From NCBI GenBank assembly GCA_021852055.1, contig JAJZOD010000002.1, positions 10,536 through 74,535 of the forward strand: a DNA stretch of 64,000 bases, in the 5' to 3' direction. Source of the stretch: Candidatus Micrarchaeota archaeon. GTDB lineage: Archaea > Micrarchaeota > Micrarchaeia > Micrarchaeales > CABMGC01. Of the stretch, positions 39,231 to 49,557 are shown piece by piece. The notes below the pieces were generated by a model that ran no database searches, was not told where the DNA came from, and saw nothing but the letters and a program-made list of their open reading frames with translations. The translations under genes and the position numbers were made by a program. The number at the start of each line of letters is the position of its first letter. Positions within the stretch are counted from its first letter, which is position 1.

Positions 39231-40127
39231 TTACACTGCTATATCAAATTTTATAGGAGGAAAGCTCTGATAATTTTCTATAGTTGTATCGGTATACTGC
39301 CATTCAAATATGTTTTTGAAGCTGTCTGTTCTTATTTTGGGAAGGGTATACTTCATAGGATCTCTGGATATCTGCTCCTTTGCTCCGGAGACGTGGTTTT
39401 CATAAATGTGCACATCAGCAAGGAACCCGACAAGCCTGCCCTCTTTTAATCCTGACTCTTTTGCAAGAAGGTGCAGGAGAAGCGCATAGCTTGCGATATT
39501 GAACGGAAGCCCAAGCATAGTATCCACAGACCGCTGATTCCACAGCAGGTTAAGCTTGCCCTCTATTACTGTAACCTGGAAGCCGTAGTGGCAAGGAGGC
39601 AATGCCATCATTTCAAGCTGCTGAGGATTCCACGCAGACACTATCATGCGCCTGTCGTTCGGATCGCTCTTGAGTTTTTCGACGAGCTTTGACAGCTGAT
39701 CAACTCCGCTGCCTTTATAATCCGCTTCATAATCCCTGTATTCGCCGTTGAAGTGCCTCCACTGAAATCCGTATATAGGGCCTAAGTTCCTTTCCTCAAG
39801 CATGCGTTTCTTCTCTACATCGCTATGCCCGTACGGTGCGACCTTCGGATTTGCCCATTCGTCCCAGATATGGTTATTACGATCCTGAAGCCACTTCTTA
39901 TCAGTGATACCTTTTATAAAGAACTCAAGCTCAGATGCGATGTTCCTGAAAGGCATCTTTTTCGTAGTGAGCAGAGGGAAACCCAATTCCATGTCATGCT
40001 CGAACATAGCTCCTGCTATTGTCAGTGTTCTCACCCCAGTCCTGTTATCCTTCCACGCTCCAGAATCAAGTACGCGCCTGACGATATCCAAATACGCAGA
40101 ATCAGCATTATATGCCATGTATGCCAT
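39231..40127 (-). CDS. thyA: Thymidylate synthase
   Basis: RTGV, GFPLLTTKK, LGPIYGFQWR, MALPPCH, QRSVD..LGLPFNIASY, DVHIYENH. Confidence 0.97.
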   Translation of the reverse strand: MAYMAYNADSAYLDIVRRVLDSGAWKDNRTGVRTLTIAGAMFEHDMELGFPLLTTKKMPFRNIASELEFFIKGITDKKWLQDRNNHIWDEWANPKVAPYGHSDVEKKRMLEERNLGPIYGFQWRHFNGEYRDYEADYKGSGVDQLSKLVEKLKSDPNDRRMIVSAWNPQQLEMMALPPCHYGFQVTVIEGKLNLLWNQRSVDTMLGLPFNIASYALLLHLLAKESGLKEGRLVGFLADVHIYENHVSGAKEQISRDPMKYTLPKIRTDSFKNIFEWQYTDTTIENYQSFPPIKFDIAV

Positions 40128-40243
40128 GCAAACCTATTAGCAAATTTGCGTACTAATCTAAAAATGTGCTTTATGCCGATTATTTATCCTAATATACTCT
40201 TATACGTCTGTGTATGCCTGTGCATGCCTGCATAAGCCAGAAG

Positions 40244-41335
40244 TCAGAATAAGCCAAATTTTTTCTTCCCTGCACTCTCATGAATGTCCTTGAATCGCTT
40301 CATAAGCTCCTCTTCATCAGATGTAATCGATTTAGGTATCTCAACGTTCACTGTTATTATCTCATCGCCCCTGCTGTTGCTTCCAAACCTTCTCATGCCT
40401 TCGTTTTTCAATGTTATCCTGGCGCCCTGCTGCGTGCCTCTATTTAGAGTTATTGCCTTACTGCCTTTGAGAGTAGGCACTTCTATACCACCGCCAAGCA
40501 GCGCAGTGTAAAAAGGAACATTTACCTCAGCATGTATATCATCGCCTTCTCGAACAAACTGCCTGTCCTCCTGCACTCCTATCTCTATGTAAAGGTCACC
40601 TGATCCCTGCCTAGAGTAATCACCCATGCCCTCAAGTCGCAGGCGCATCCCATCACGAACACCGGCAGGTATCTTTACCTTTATCTTCTCAACTCTAACA
40701 TAACCTCCCTTTCCCAGGCATACCCTGCATCTCTTCTCGAACGTCCTGCCTGTACCAGAACACTCTGGGCATGTTGTTACCACCTGCATGCTTCCGAATA
40801 TTGTGTTGCTGGTCCTGCGCACACGCCCAGTGCCGCGGCATTCACTACATTTCACAATTTTAGAGCCTGGCTCTGCACCCTCTCCATTGCACCTGTCGCA
40901 TTTGGCTACATGCCTGAGCGATATCTCCTTCTCAACACCGTCGGCAGCATCCCGCAGGCTGATATTCATTCTATAAAGTACGCTGTTGCCGCCTCCGCTG
41001 AAGGAGCTGTTGCCAAAACCGAAGTTTGAGAAGTTTTCAAATCCCTGCGCCCCAAAAAGATCCCTGAAGATGTCATTCGGATTAAAACCGCGGAAGATGT
41101 CCTCCTCGCTGTACTGCTGGTTGAATGCTTCGGGGCCATATGCATCGTATTTACTGCGCTTCTCAGGGTCTCCTAAAACAGCGTACGCTTCATTTACTTC
41201 CTTGAATTTTTCTTCAGTGACCTTGTCTTTATTCCTGTCTGGGTGGAGCTCAAGCGCCTTCTTCCTGTAAGCTTTCTTTACCTCATCCTGCGAGGCATTC
41301 TTCGGAATGCCAAGCACATCATAATAGTCCTGCAT
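40244..41335 (-). CDS. dnaJ: Chaperone DnaJ
   Basis: J domain with HPD, G/F region, four CxxCxGxG repeats. Confidence 0.97.
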   Translation of the reverse strand: MQDYYDVLGIPKNASQDEVKKAYRKKALELHPDRNKDKVTEEKFKEVNEAYAVLGDPEKRSKYDAYGPEAFNQQYSEEDIFRGFNPNDIFRDLFGAQGFENFSNFGFGNSSFSGGGNSVLYRMNISLRDAADGVEKEISLRHVAKCDRCNGEGAEPGSKIVKCSECRGTGRVRRTSNTIFGSMQVVTTCPECSGTGRTFEKRCRVCLGKGGYVRVEKIKVKIPAGVRDGMRLRLEGMGDYSRQGSGDLYIEIGVQEDRQFVREGDDIHAEVNVPFYTALLGGGIEVPTLKGSKAITLNRGTQQGARITLKNEGMRRFGSNSRGDEIITVNVEIPKSITSDEEELMKRFKDIHESAGKKKFGLF

Positions 41336-41370
41336 TTGGTCACTTTTCTATAGGTCGCGTGTTTATATAC

Positions 41371-43218
41371 CTACTTTTCCACCTTGAAGTCTGCGTTAAC
41401 TGTGTCTCCGCCTTCCGGACTGCTAGGGCCTCCAGCCCCCGGACCCTGCTCTGGCCCCATGGCTCCTTCTCCACTGCCTTTATACATGCTTGCGCCGGCT
41501 TCCTGCATAAGTGCATTCAGCGCTTCTGACTTCTCCTTAATCTCGCTCTCATTCCCCTCTTTTTTGAGGGCCTCCCTGAGCTCTTCGCTGCCCTTTTCTA
41601 TCTTTTCCTTAATGTCAGCAGCTATCTTGTCCTTGGAGTCTTTGAGAAGCTTATCAGCGCCATACACCAAAGATTCAGCATCATTGCGTATCTGTACCTT
41701 TTCCAGAACCTCCTTGTCGCGATCAGCGTTCTCCTCCGCCTCTTTTATCTTTTTATCAATATCCTCGCGGCTCATCTTGTTCCTTGCAGTGACCTGCATC
41801 CTCTGCTCTTTGCCTGTTGCCTTGTCCTTTGCAGTAACGTGTATTATACCGTTGGCGTCTATATCGAACGTAACCTCTATCTGTGGTGTGCCGCGCTGTG
41901 CCGGAGGCAGTCCAGTAAGCTGGAACTGCCCGAGGTCTATGTTGTCCTTGGCAAGCTTGCGTTCACCCTGCAGTATGTGTATGTCGACTGCTGGTTGGTT
42001 GTCAGCTGCCGTAGTAAACACCTGCGTTTTCTTTATTGGTATTGTTGTGTTGCGTTCTATAAGGGTCGTCATCACTCCACCGAGTGTTTCAAGCCCTAAC
42101 GACAGCGGCGTTACATCAAGAAGCACTATGTCCTTGACCTCTCCTGTAAGAACTCCTGCCTGCACGGCTGCTCCAAATGCCACAGCCTCCATCGGATCAA
42201 CGCCTCTTTCTATCTTCTTGCCCAGCAACTGTTCGACATACCTCTGCACTATTGGCATACGCGTAGGGCCTCCGACTAGTATGATCTTGTCAATGTCTTT
42301 AGGCTCAAGCTTTGCATCCTTAAGCGCCTGCATTACAGGTTTTGTAGTCTTCTCAACTATCGGAACTACTATCTCCTCCAGCTTCGCTCTTGTCAGACTG
42401 TATGTGAAATGCACAGGTGCGTTTCCCGGACCCATAGTAAGGAATGGCAGACTTATCTCGCTTGTAAGTGTTGTAGAGAGCTCTATCTTCGCCCGTTCGC
42501 CTGCTTCCCTGAGCCTCTGCATCGCCTGACTGTCTTTTGTTATGTCTACGCCCTGCTTTGCCACTTCTTTTGCAAGAAAGTCTACTATTGCCTTGTCCAT
42601 ATCAGTGCCTCCGAGCTGTGTATCGCCGCTTGTTGATTTGACCTCGAATACACCTCCCCCAAAATCCATTATCGTGACGTCAAGGGTTCCGCCGCCGAAA
42701 TCGTAGACTATAATCTTCAGATCTTTGTCTGCCTTGTCAATGCCGTATGCAAGTGCCGCTGCCGTAGGTTCGTTAACAAGCCTTACGACCTCTAAGCCAG
42801 CTATCTCGCCTGCATCTTTTGTTGCCTGCCTCTGGTTGTCGTCAAAATAAGCCGGCACTGTTATAACGGCCTTTTTAACCTCATCCCCGAGGAACGCCTC
42901 TGCATCGCTTTTAATCTTCTGCAGTATCATCGCAGAGAGCTCCTGCGGCGTATACTCCTTTCCAAGCACCTTGTACCTGAAGTTGGTGCCCATCTTTCTC
43001 TTAAATGCACTCAATGTGCCTTCAGTGTTTGCAACTGCCTGCCTTTTAGCAGGCTCACCTATGAGTCGCTGCCCGTCTTTTGTAAATGCAACATAACTTG
43101 GAAAGGATTTCCCGTAAAGCGATGTGCCCTCCGCGCTGGGTATAAGCACTGGCCTTCCTCCTTCTAATACCGCTGCAGCACTGTTGCTGGTGCCCAAATC
43201 TATACCTATTATTTTCAT
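41371..43218 (-). CDS. dnaK: Chaperone DnaK (Hsp70)
   Basis: [36 protein letters not shown]. Confidence 0.98.
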   Translation of the reverse strand: MKIIGIDLGTSNSAAAVLEGGRPVLIPSAEGTSLYGKSFPSYVAFTKDGQRLIGEPAKRQAVANTEGTLSAFKRKMGTNFRYKVLGKEYTPQELSAMILQKIKSDAEAFLGDEVKKAVITVPAYFDDNQRQATKDAGEIAGLEVVRLVNEPTAAALAYGIDKADKDLKIIVYDFGGGTLDVTIMDFGGGVFEVKSTSGDTQLGGTDMDKAIVDFLAKEVAKQGVDITKDSQAMQRLREAGERAKIELSTTLTSEISLPFLTMGPGNAPVHFTYSLTRAKLEEIVVPIVEKTTKPVMQALKDAKLEPKDIDKIILVGGPTRMPIVQRYVEQLLGKKIERGVDPMEAVAFGAAVQAGVLTGEVKDIVLLDVTPLSLGLETLGGVMTTLIERNTTIPIKKTQVFTTAADNQPAVDIHILQGERKLAKDNIDLGQFQLTGLPPAQRGTPQIEVTFDIDANGIIHVTAKDKATGKEQRMQVTARNKMSREDIDKKIKEAEENADRDKEVLEKVQIRNDAESLVYGADKLLKDSKDKIAADIKEKIEKGSEELREALKKEGNESEIKEKSEALNALMQEAGASMYKGSGEGAMGPEQGPGAGGPSSPEGGDTVNADFKVEK

Positions 43219-43221
43219 GTT

Positions 43222-43770
43222 TTACACCTTTTTGTCCTCGTCCTGCACTCTGCCTTTTGAAACTATTACAGATGCAGGTCTAAGCATTATCCCATTGAGC
43301 AGATATCCTTTTCTGACTACTTCCAGTATGCTGCCCTCTTTCGAGCTGCTCTCCTTAGTAAGTATGACCTCATGTTTGTACGGATCTGCTGTCCCATATG
43401 TTTCTATCTCGCTCAGTCCCTCTTTTTTCAATGTATCAATCAAATTCGAGAATACAAGTGCAACGCCCTTGTCTACATCGCCTTTTGCCTCTATGGCATC
43501 CATGGCAAGTCCAAATTCGTCAAGCACCGGCAACAGCTTCCTTGCAAGTTCAGCCTTTCCTAGGCTTCTAGCCGACTCCATCTCCTTTGCGCTTCTTTTT
43601 TTATAATTATCAAACTCCGCAGCAAGCCTAAGTAGCCTGTCCTTTAGATCTGCGCTATCTCCTTTTTCGCCTGCACACTCCTCCTGCTCTTTGGCTTCTG
43701 CCTTCTGCCCGTCTGCACGGTTTTCTTCTGAATGCACTTTTTTACTGCCGTTTTCCTTTTCTTCTGGCAT
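43222..43770 (-). CDS. grpE: Nucleotide exchange factor GrpE
   Basis: LRLAAEFDNYKKR, LLPVLD, DPYKHE, KGYLLNG..LRPASV; start set at ATG 43770 after GGAGG. Confidence 0.95.
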   Translation of the reverse strand: MPEEKENGSKKVHSEENRADGQKAEAKEQEECAGEKGDSADLKDRLLRLAAEFDNYKKRSAKEMESARSLGKAELARKLLPVLDEFGLAMDAIEAKGDVDKGVALVFSNLIDTLKKEGLSEIETYGTADPYKHEVILTKESSSKEGSILEVVRKGYLLNGIMLRPASVIVSKGRVQDEDKKV

Positions 43771-44173
43771 GTATATCCTCCTCAAAAATTTCATTCATCC
43801 TCTGTGCCATATTTATCATCCTGACAAATTCTCTCGACATGTCAGCCTGTATCTCCTCCAATGTGCTTGGAAGGTCTTCTGATCTGAGGTAGTACTTCCT
43901 GCCCCTCCTTATCACAAGGCCCGTGTATATAAACCTGTTCAGATGGTAGATGACTGTGCTTCTTGGCATGTTGAGCTCTTCTGTCAGGTCTTTGCTCGTA
44001 ACTCCGCCGCCTTCCATGCTGTTGCTTACTATCTCCTTGAAAATTGCAGGCTCAATCTCATCTCCCTTGCCGGCAAGGTCAAACACCTCGCAGAACCACT
44101 CCAGTATGTTGTTTATGTCCTCCTTGCCCGGTCTGTTCACCTGTCTTATCACTATCTTCTCTATGGCAGACAT
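43742..44173 (-). CDS. Winged-helix transcription regulator heading the grpE-dnaK-dnaJ operon
   Basis: VTSKDLTEELNMPRSTVIYHLNRFIYTGLVIRRGRKYYLR; overlaps the grpE start. Confidence 0.85.
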   Translation of the reverse strand: MSAIEKIVIRQVNRPGKEDINNILEWFCEVFDLAGKGDEIEPAIFKEIVSNSMEGGGVTSKDLTEELNMPRSTVIYHLNRFIYTGLVIRRGRKYYLRSEDLPSTLEEIQADMSREFVRMINMAQRMNEIFEEDIHARRKGKRQ

Positions 44174-44228
44174 AATCTAATTTATGTATAAATAAATATA
44201 TAAATGTTTGTGTTTTTTCAATAAAAAG

Positions 44229-44280
44229 TTGAATATTCAATAATAAGCTGTTATATATCACTAGATTTATATCACTGGAT
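44229..44280. promoter_or_regulatory. Palindrome TTGAATATTCAA plus tandem TATATCACT(A/G)GAT, candidate operator sites
   Basis: Perfect 12-bp palindrome 44229-44240; 13-bp repeats at 44254-44266 and 44268-44280 in the divergent promoter region. Confidence 0.45.
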
Positions 44281-44371
44281 GCTGCTCCTCAAGCCCTGCA
44301 TCCAAAGAACTGCACCATGCAGTGCAAGCAAAGAAATATAATAACTACAATGCAATTAAATCCGTGTTTTT

Positions 44372-45115
44372 ATGTCCAAATCTGCTATAGTAGAAAAAAG
44401 CATGGCTCAGGGAAGCGAGCCAAAACAGAAAACAACACAGAAAAGCAACACCCTGAAATACGCAGTAATAATCATAGCCGTACTTGCCGTGGCTGTTGTA
44501 GTGTTATATTCAGTGCTGTCTCCAATACTAAGCAAATCGCCCCTATCTGGCCCGAATGGCAAGTCTGCAAACACGACTTGTCCATGTGTGAACGCGCAGC
44601 AGGTTCAACAGTTCATGAATGAATCATCTGCTGTTGCTGCCAATGCAATTGCAAATTCAACATACATCTCTGCATCTGACATTCAAACACAGCTTGAGGC
44701 GACATCATCAAATGCATCGCTTCAGAATACTGCTCTTTATGAATTTTACAAAAACGTAAGCCAGGGCTGGCTGTTCGAATATGATGCAGCCACAGGCGGA
44801 AATCCAAGCATCTTAAATGCATCAGCAACAAACTCAAGCAACATTGCTATTGAATTAATTCTGCAATCAAGCTCTCCGAAGGCTATGTATGACTACGAGG
44901 TTTCAAAAGAAAATACCACATCAAATGTTAAAAGCGGTCAGTTAGGGTCATTCATATACTCATATGTAAATGACACTTTACAAAACTCTACCATAGTCAG
45001 CATTTTAGGTTACAAAAACGACTATGTTGTTGCTCTAGAAATGATGTACAAAACCAACAAAGGGGCATATTCGCCGCAACAGATGGTCTCTGTTTTGAAC
45101 TCAACATTGCCTTAG
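44372..45115 (+). CDS. Membrane-anchored Asn/Ser-rich surface protein (start may be 44402)
   Basis: KYAVIIIAVLAVAVVVLY TM; many NxS/T sequons. Confidence 0.8.
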   Translation: MSKSAIVEKSMAQGSEPKQKTTQKSNTLKYAVIIIAVLAVAVVVLYSVLSPILSKSPLSGPNGKSANTTCPCVNAQQVQQFMNESSAVAANAIANSTYISASDIQTQLEATSSNASLQNTALYEFYKNVSQGWLFEYDAATGGNPSILNASATNSSNIAIELILQSSSPKAMYDYEVSKENTTSNVKSGQLGSFIYSYVNDTLQNSTIVSILGYKNDYVVALEMMYKTNKGAYSPQQMVSVLNSTLP

Positions 45116-45272
45116 TAAATACTGTTACTGTTACTAGAATATCACTAGAATAAGATACAGATTAGTGATGGAGTTCAGCAATTCCTAAAATGTGATATCA
45201 GCTGCAATTCATTGCAGCAACGCAAAGCCTTTTATTGCTATCCTTCCACTATAATCTTATAGAAGTGATTTT

Positions 45273-45512
45273 ATGAAGAATCTACATTACGCAATAATCG
45301 CTGTGATTCTTGCCATACTCTTTGTGGTAATTGGTTTTGTAACAACCTTATCTGCTGCAGTAGGCTCAAGCAGTTTGTCTAAGTATTCATTAGTGGGATA
45401 CACGCTTACCCTACTTGCATTTATGATTGTGCTTTGGATACTTATGGTAATTCTTATGCACAATGATCCTGTCAGGAATCAGGACAGCAGCAGGCGCAGA
45501 AGAAGACAGTGA
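45273..45512 (+). CDS. Small two-TM membrane protein
   Basis: Two hydrophobic helices and a basic RRRRR tail; GTGAT upstream. Confidence 0.7.
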   Translation: MKNLHYAIIAVILAILFVVIGFVTTLSAAVGSSSLSKYSLVGYTLTLLAFMIVLWILMVILMHNDPVRNQDSSRRRRRQ

Positions 45513-45601
45513 TTACATACCTCACGTGTGCTGGCGTTGCGCCGGCACAGCACAAGGCCAAGCGCACCTGATATACACCTGCTATACTCTAGGTTATTTT
45601 T

Positions 45602-46309
45602 ATGGTTAGGTATGAAGATATCACTGTTGTTATACCAACCCTGAACGAGCAGAAGACAATAGGCAAACTTATAACGCGCCTTCTGGTTCTTTATAACGGT
45701 GCGAATATACTGGTGGTTGATGACGGGTCTACAGACGATACCCAAAAAATAGTTCTGCGTTTTGCCAAAGCCGGCAAGCATGTACGCCTGCTGGACAGGC
45801 ATAGGTCTGGAAAGCCTCCAGGACTTACGTACAGCATGATTGACGGTTTAATGCACTCCTCTACAAAATATACAATGTTTATAGACGGCGACCTCCAGCA
45901 CCCTCCCGAAATCATAAAAAGTATTGTAGAAAGTCTCAGATCTGGGGACACCATTGCCATAGCCGTAAGAGGAAGAAACTACAATCCCATATTATACCGC
46001 AGAATCATATCAATGATGTCGATAGCTTTTGGAAACGCCATACTTTACATTTCAGGAAAGGCATCAAGCTCTGATATAATGTCAGGATATTTCGGCATAG
46101 AGACTGAGTATGCCGTAAAAACAGTAAAAGAAAACAGGCACAGGTTTATAGGCGATGGCTATAAATTTCTCTTCGACATCCTAAAATGCACTTCCCGCAG
46201 CAGTGCAAGGATCTCCGAGGTGCAGTACAGGTTCAAGGAGAGGATGTATGGATCGTCAAAAGCCAGCATGCGCCAGGGTATCGCTCTTCTGCAGTCGTAC
46301 TTCAGCTAA
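45602..46309 (+). CDS. GT2 polyprenol-phosphate glycosyltransferase (DPM1-like)
   Basis: VVIPTLNE, VVDDGSTDDT, IDGDLQHPPE, DIMSGYF, F.ER.YGSSK. Confidence 0.92.
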   Translation: MVRYEDITVVIPTLNEQKTIGKLITRLLVLYNGANILVVDDGSTDDTQKIVLRFAKAGKHVRLLDRHRSGKPPGLTYSMIDGLMHSSTKYTMFIDGDLQHPPEIIKSIVESLRSGDTIAIAVRGRNYNPILYRRIISMMSIAFGNAILYISGKASSSDIMSGYFGIETEYAVKTVKENRHRFIGDGYKFLFDILKCTSRSSARISEVQYRFKERMYGSSKASMRQGIALLQSYFS

Positions 46310-46346
46310 AAGTCAAATATATATAAGTTCCTACCCTTAAAACTTC

Positions 46347-48098
46347 ATGAGTCCTAGCAACGCTAAACATACCCTGCTGAAAGATCACAAAATGCCGCGC
46401 CAGAACGTCAGTAAAAATAAAGCTATTGCTTATACTATCCACTTGCCTGTGCTTATACTTGTTTTGATACTTGCCACATCCTCTGCCTTATGCCTGTCTT
46501 TTTATTACGGCGTAAGCCCAATATCAGGATCTGATAATTATATTTATAGTAGCAACGCCGCCCAGCTGCTCTCAAAAGGTTTTGCCTCTCTCAACGGCGG
46601 AGGAGTGCTTTCTACAAAATACATAATTATATTCGGAGAAGCCCTGTTTATGTATATCCTTGGTCCAAACAGCTTTTCAGTTGCGTTATTTGCAATCTTA
46701 TGCGCCCTTGTCACAATGGTTGCATTGTATATTATCGGCAGCGAACTGTACGGGGTTAAAACTGGCCTTCTTGCTGCTGCATTTTACGGATTTGTTCCGA
46801 TAGTAATAGTTCAGGCCTCAAATGCAGGCGACGACGTGCCTATGGCATTGTTTGCCACGCTTTCTGTGATGTTTTTGGTTTTAGGCATCAAAAGAAAAAA
46901 GCACTCGGGGTATTTTTACCTCCTTTCTGGATTCATGGCCGTTATAGGGTCGCTTGCAGTCGGTGAAGAATTAATTATTTTTGTGTTCATCGCCTTATTC
47001 CTTTTCTGGCGCGTCTTGCGTAACTTCAGCAAAGGCGAGATACTAAAAATAGCAGCATTCTTTCTCGGGGCATTTGCCGCAGGCCTTTTAATAATGTTTC
47101 TAGGATACGTCCAGTCGGGAAATCCGTTTTATGTTTATAATACTAGTTCCTCCTGGTACTCTACAACCTACTGCGGCTCTCCTTCTTGGGATCCGAGCGG
47201 ATGCGCTCTTGCATCTACTACATTTTTCAGAGATTACCTGGGAATGATGTTTCCATACATGGTGACTTCAAAGCTAGCCACTGCTTTGACATCGCACAGT
47301 GTTTTATCCGAGCAGCTTCTTGCAAGCCTGATAAATCCTGCGGCAGCGATATCAGATTACGGCTACCAATTTGGCTATTACTTTTACCTTGCTGCCCTTT
47401 TCTCCATAATTCTTCTGGCGCTTAGGGATAAGCGGATACTTTTCCCGCTTGCCTGGTTTGCTGCAACTATCCTGTACTTAAGCTTCGGCACAATGAGCGT
47501 AAGTAATTACATAAGAATAAGCCCGGTATTTGACAGGTTTCTAATACTTCTCCTCCCTTCAATTGCATTGATAATCGCATTAGGTTTAACCAGAATTATA
47601 GAGTTCGCGATTAAAGGGAACAGTAGAAAAGCGCCTGCAAATAAGGCACGCATAATTCTTGGATATTCAACCTTTGCTGTAATTACAGCTGCATTGTTAA
47701 TAGAATCAAGCTTTTTGATAATGTACTTAGAGTATTCCTGGTACAACAACGTGTATCCGATAGTGCAGACGGGGGTGTTCATTGAATCATTGCCGCAAAA
47801 TGCGCAGGTGCTAACTCCTATCCAGATACCAATACAGCAGTACTCGGATTTCAGACAGATATCTGGCTACATAAATGAATATGGTGCAACGTGCGGACAG
47901 ATACCAAACAACAGTTATGTTGTATACTTATTAAACGCCACATTCCAAAGTGAATGCAATCTTACAATCGCATTTTATCCGCAGCAACCACCTTCATGGC
48001 TTTTGAACTATTCACTTTATAAAAGCCAGTTTCTGAACTTTTCTGAGATAAGGGTGTACTATAAAAATAGTACAATCACTAAACGCATACCTATCTGA
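46347..48098 (+). CDS. GT-C fold (ArnT/PMT-like) membrane glycosyltransferase
   Basis: More than 10 TM segments, D..IY in the first loop, GLLAAAFY..P, DDVPMALF, RFLILLLP; adjacent to the GT2 gene. Confidence 0.8.
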   Translation: MSPSNAKHTLLKDHKMPRQNVSKNKAIAYTIHLPVLILVLILATSSALCLSFYYGVSPISGSDNYIYSSNAAQLLSKGFASLNGGGVLSTKYIIIFGEALFMYILGPNSFSVALFAILCALVTMVALYIIGSELYGVKTGLLAAAFYGFVPIVIVQASNAGDDVPMALFATLSVMFLVLGIKRKKHSGYFYLLSGFMAVIGSLAVGEELIIFVFIALFLFWRVLRNFSKGEILKIAAFFLGAFAAGLLIMFLGYVQSGNPFYVYNTSSSWYSTTYCGSPSWDPSGCALASTTFFRDYLGMMFPYMVTSKLATALTSHSVLSEQLLASLINPAAAISDYGYQFGYYFYLAALFSIILLALRDKRILFPLAWFAATILYLSFGTMSVSNYIRISPVFDRFLILLLPSIALIIALGLTRIIEFAIKGNSRKAPANKARIILGYSTFAVITAALLIESSFLIMYLEYSWYNNVYPIVQTGVFIESLPQNAQVLTPIQIPIQQYSDFRQISGYINEYGATCGQIPNNSYVVYLLNATFQSECNLTIAFYPQQPPSWLLNYSLYKSQFLNFSEIRVYYKNSTITKRIPI

Positions 48099-48140
48099 AA
48101 CTGCAAAAGATCAATTCAGCATCTTGTTATTGCGCGCAGT

Positions 48141-48473
48141 CTATACATGCTCAAATCTTACTGCAACGTCTCTAACTGCTACAACTTCACTTTCTCTCAG
48201 GGTTATCTGCAGCTCGAATGAAGGTCCGCCTCTGCGCAGTTCAGCAATAACTTCAAGATCTCCTGCGCCGATTATTCTCGTGTTGTCATATTCGACAAAT
48301 GGTTTCTTCGACCTAAAAATCCTTGATGCTGTGTCCTGTGGACTGCATGTAAATACGTATACGTTATTTCTGTCTGCCTTATGGTCAGAAAGACTTCCGG
48401 GCGGATCCTTCGGACCTACTGTACCTGCGTCTTTCCATCCCTCCCCATTATTTACTCTGATTTTTAAAGGCAT
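48141..48473 (-). CDS. Hypothetical protein
   Basis: 110-aa ORF with a TATA-like element and GTGAT upstream; no motif recognised. Confidence 0.6.
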   Translation of the reverse strand: MPLKIRVNNGEGWKDAGTVGPKDPPGSLSDHKADRNNVYVFTCSPQDTASRIFRSKKPFVEYDNTRIIGAGDLEVIAELRRGGPSFELQITLRESEVVAVRDVAVRFEHV

Positions 48474-48643
48474 AAAATCACTAGTGTTGAGAACTATTTA
48501 CCTATATATATCCTCTTATTTTTCCATCAGATGCCAAAATATGCGATTGTATGTACGCGTCAATCAAGTTTAGCTTCGTGAAGCAGATGCTTAACTATAT
48601 ACGGGGAATTTTCAGCCGTACCTCTAGCGAATTAAATATAATA

Positions 48644-48748
48644 TGGACTCCGCGGGATTTTCAAAGCGCTGCAAAATATTGCAGAGCATGTTCGAACCCG
48701 CAACCTCCTGCATGCCATGCAGGCGCGCTACCGTTGCGCCAGGAGCCC
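48644..48748 (-). tRNA. tRNA-Ala(GGC) with a 33-nt intron in the T loop (59/60; intron 48658-48690)
   Basis: GGGCTCC/GGAGTCC acceptor, CCTGC-ATGGCAT-GCAGG anticodon arm; removing the intron restores GCGGG-TTCGAAT-CCCGC; BHB helix TTCG/TGAA. Confidence 0.93.
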
Positions 48749-48764
48749 ATAAGCGTAATTTTTT

Positions 48765-49004
48765 TTATGCCGGTGATATAAAAAGTATATTTCCCCCTCT
48801 GAGAAGTATGATTCCAAGTTTTGCCTTAGTCGATCCTCCTTCTTCAAGCTCTTCAGCGCCTTCTAGCACAATGTTCATATGTACATCGAAAGACTGTACT
48901 TTGCCCCGTATATCAGTGCCGTTCTTCAGCCTTATCAGTACCTGTTGCCCTATCGCCTTGTTCAGGAGATCGAATGGGCGCTCGTGGTTTACCATAGCCA
49001 TCAA
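48765..49004 (-). CDS. Sm-like archaeal protein (SmAP/Lsm)
   Basis: RPFDLL, GKVQSFDVHMNIVL, LRGGNILFIS. Confidence 0.95.
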   Translation of the reverse strand: MMAMVNHERPFDLLNKAIGQQVLIRLKNGTDIRGKVQSFDVHMNIVLEGAEELEEGGSTKAKLGIILLRGGNILFISPA

Positions 49005-49053
49005 TTCACCAAATAAATGTTCTTATATTGAGAGGTAAACTTTATAAGCGTTG

Positions 49054-49557
49054 TTAATTTCTTCTCGCAATCAACTCTGCTATCTCTTTCTTAGCAGCGA
49101 CTAAACTGTAAAATTTCTGAAAATCGTCATGCATTATCTCCAACGTTTCTGTATTTATTTCTGGGTGAAAGCACACTGTTTCAGAGTCCCATATCTCCTT
49201 ATCGAGTATAAGGTCGGTCTTTTTTGCGTGGAGTACGCCGAATATCGAAACGCTGCCAGGCGTAGTATGCAGTTCTTGCATTAATTCTTCTGCGCTGCCG
49301 AAACGCAGTTTTCCTGCATTAATAAGCTTCGTAATGGTTTTCATGTCAAGGCGCTTATCGCCATTTATGCATATTAAGTAAAAATGGCATTTACCATCCT
49401 TAAGAAAAAGGCTTTTTGTATGCATGCCGCGTATCGTCTCCCTGAGAAATTTTCCGTCGTCGTATTTAAAAAAAGCCTTGTGCTTGTGTAAGACATACTT
49501 CATTCCAATACTATCAAGATATGTCTTAAGCTCCAGATTCATGCAATTATTCCTCAT
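49054..49557 (-). CDS. YbaK/ProX-family aminoacyl-tRNA deacylase (ProXp-ala-like)
   Basis: TKSLFLKD, LRFGS.EEL...L..TPGSVSIFG, FHP.INTETL. Confidence 0.87.
   Translation of the reverse strand: MRNNCMNLELKTYLDSIGMKYVLHKHKAFFKYDDGKFLRETIRGMHTKSLFLKDGKCHFYLICINGDKRLDMKTITKLINAGKLRFGSAEELMQELHTTPGSVSIFGVLHAKKTDLILDKEIWDSETVCFHPEINTETLEIMHDDFQKFYSLVAAKKEIAELIARRN

Noticed and set aside
41384-42529. 381-aa plus-strand ORF and other long antisense ORFs (33327-34226, 51210-52112, 17899-18441)
   Set aside because: Antisense shadows of dnaK, mcm, rps9/rpl13 and rpoB'; no recognisable motifs.
48560-48600. CAAGTTTAGCTTCGTGAAGCAG resembling the region upstream of an IS605 right end
   Set aside because: No hairpin or GATGTCA terminus follows; too short to support.
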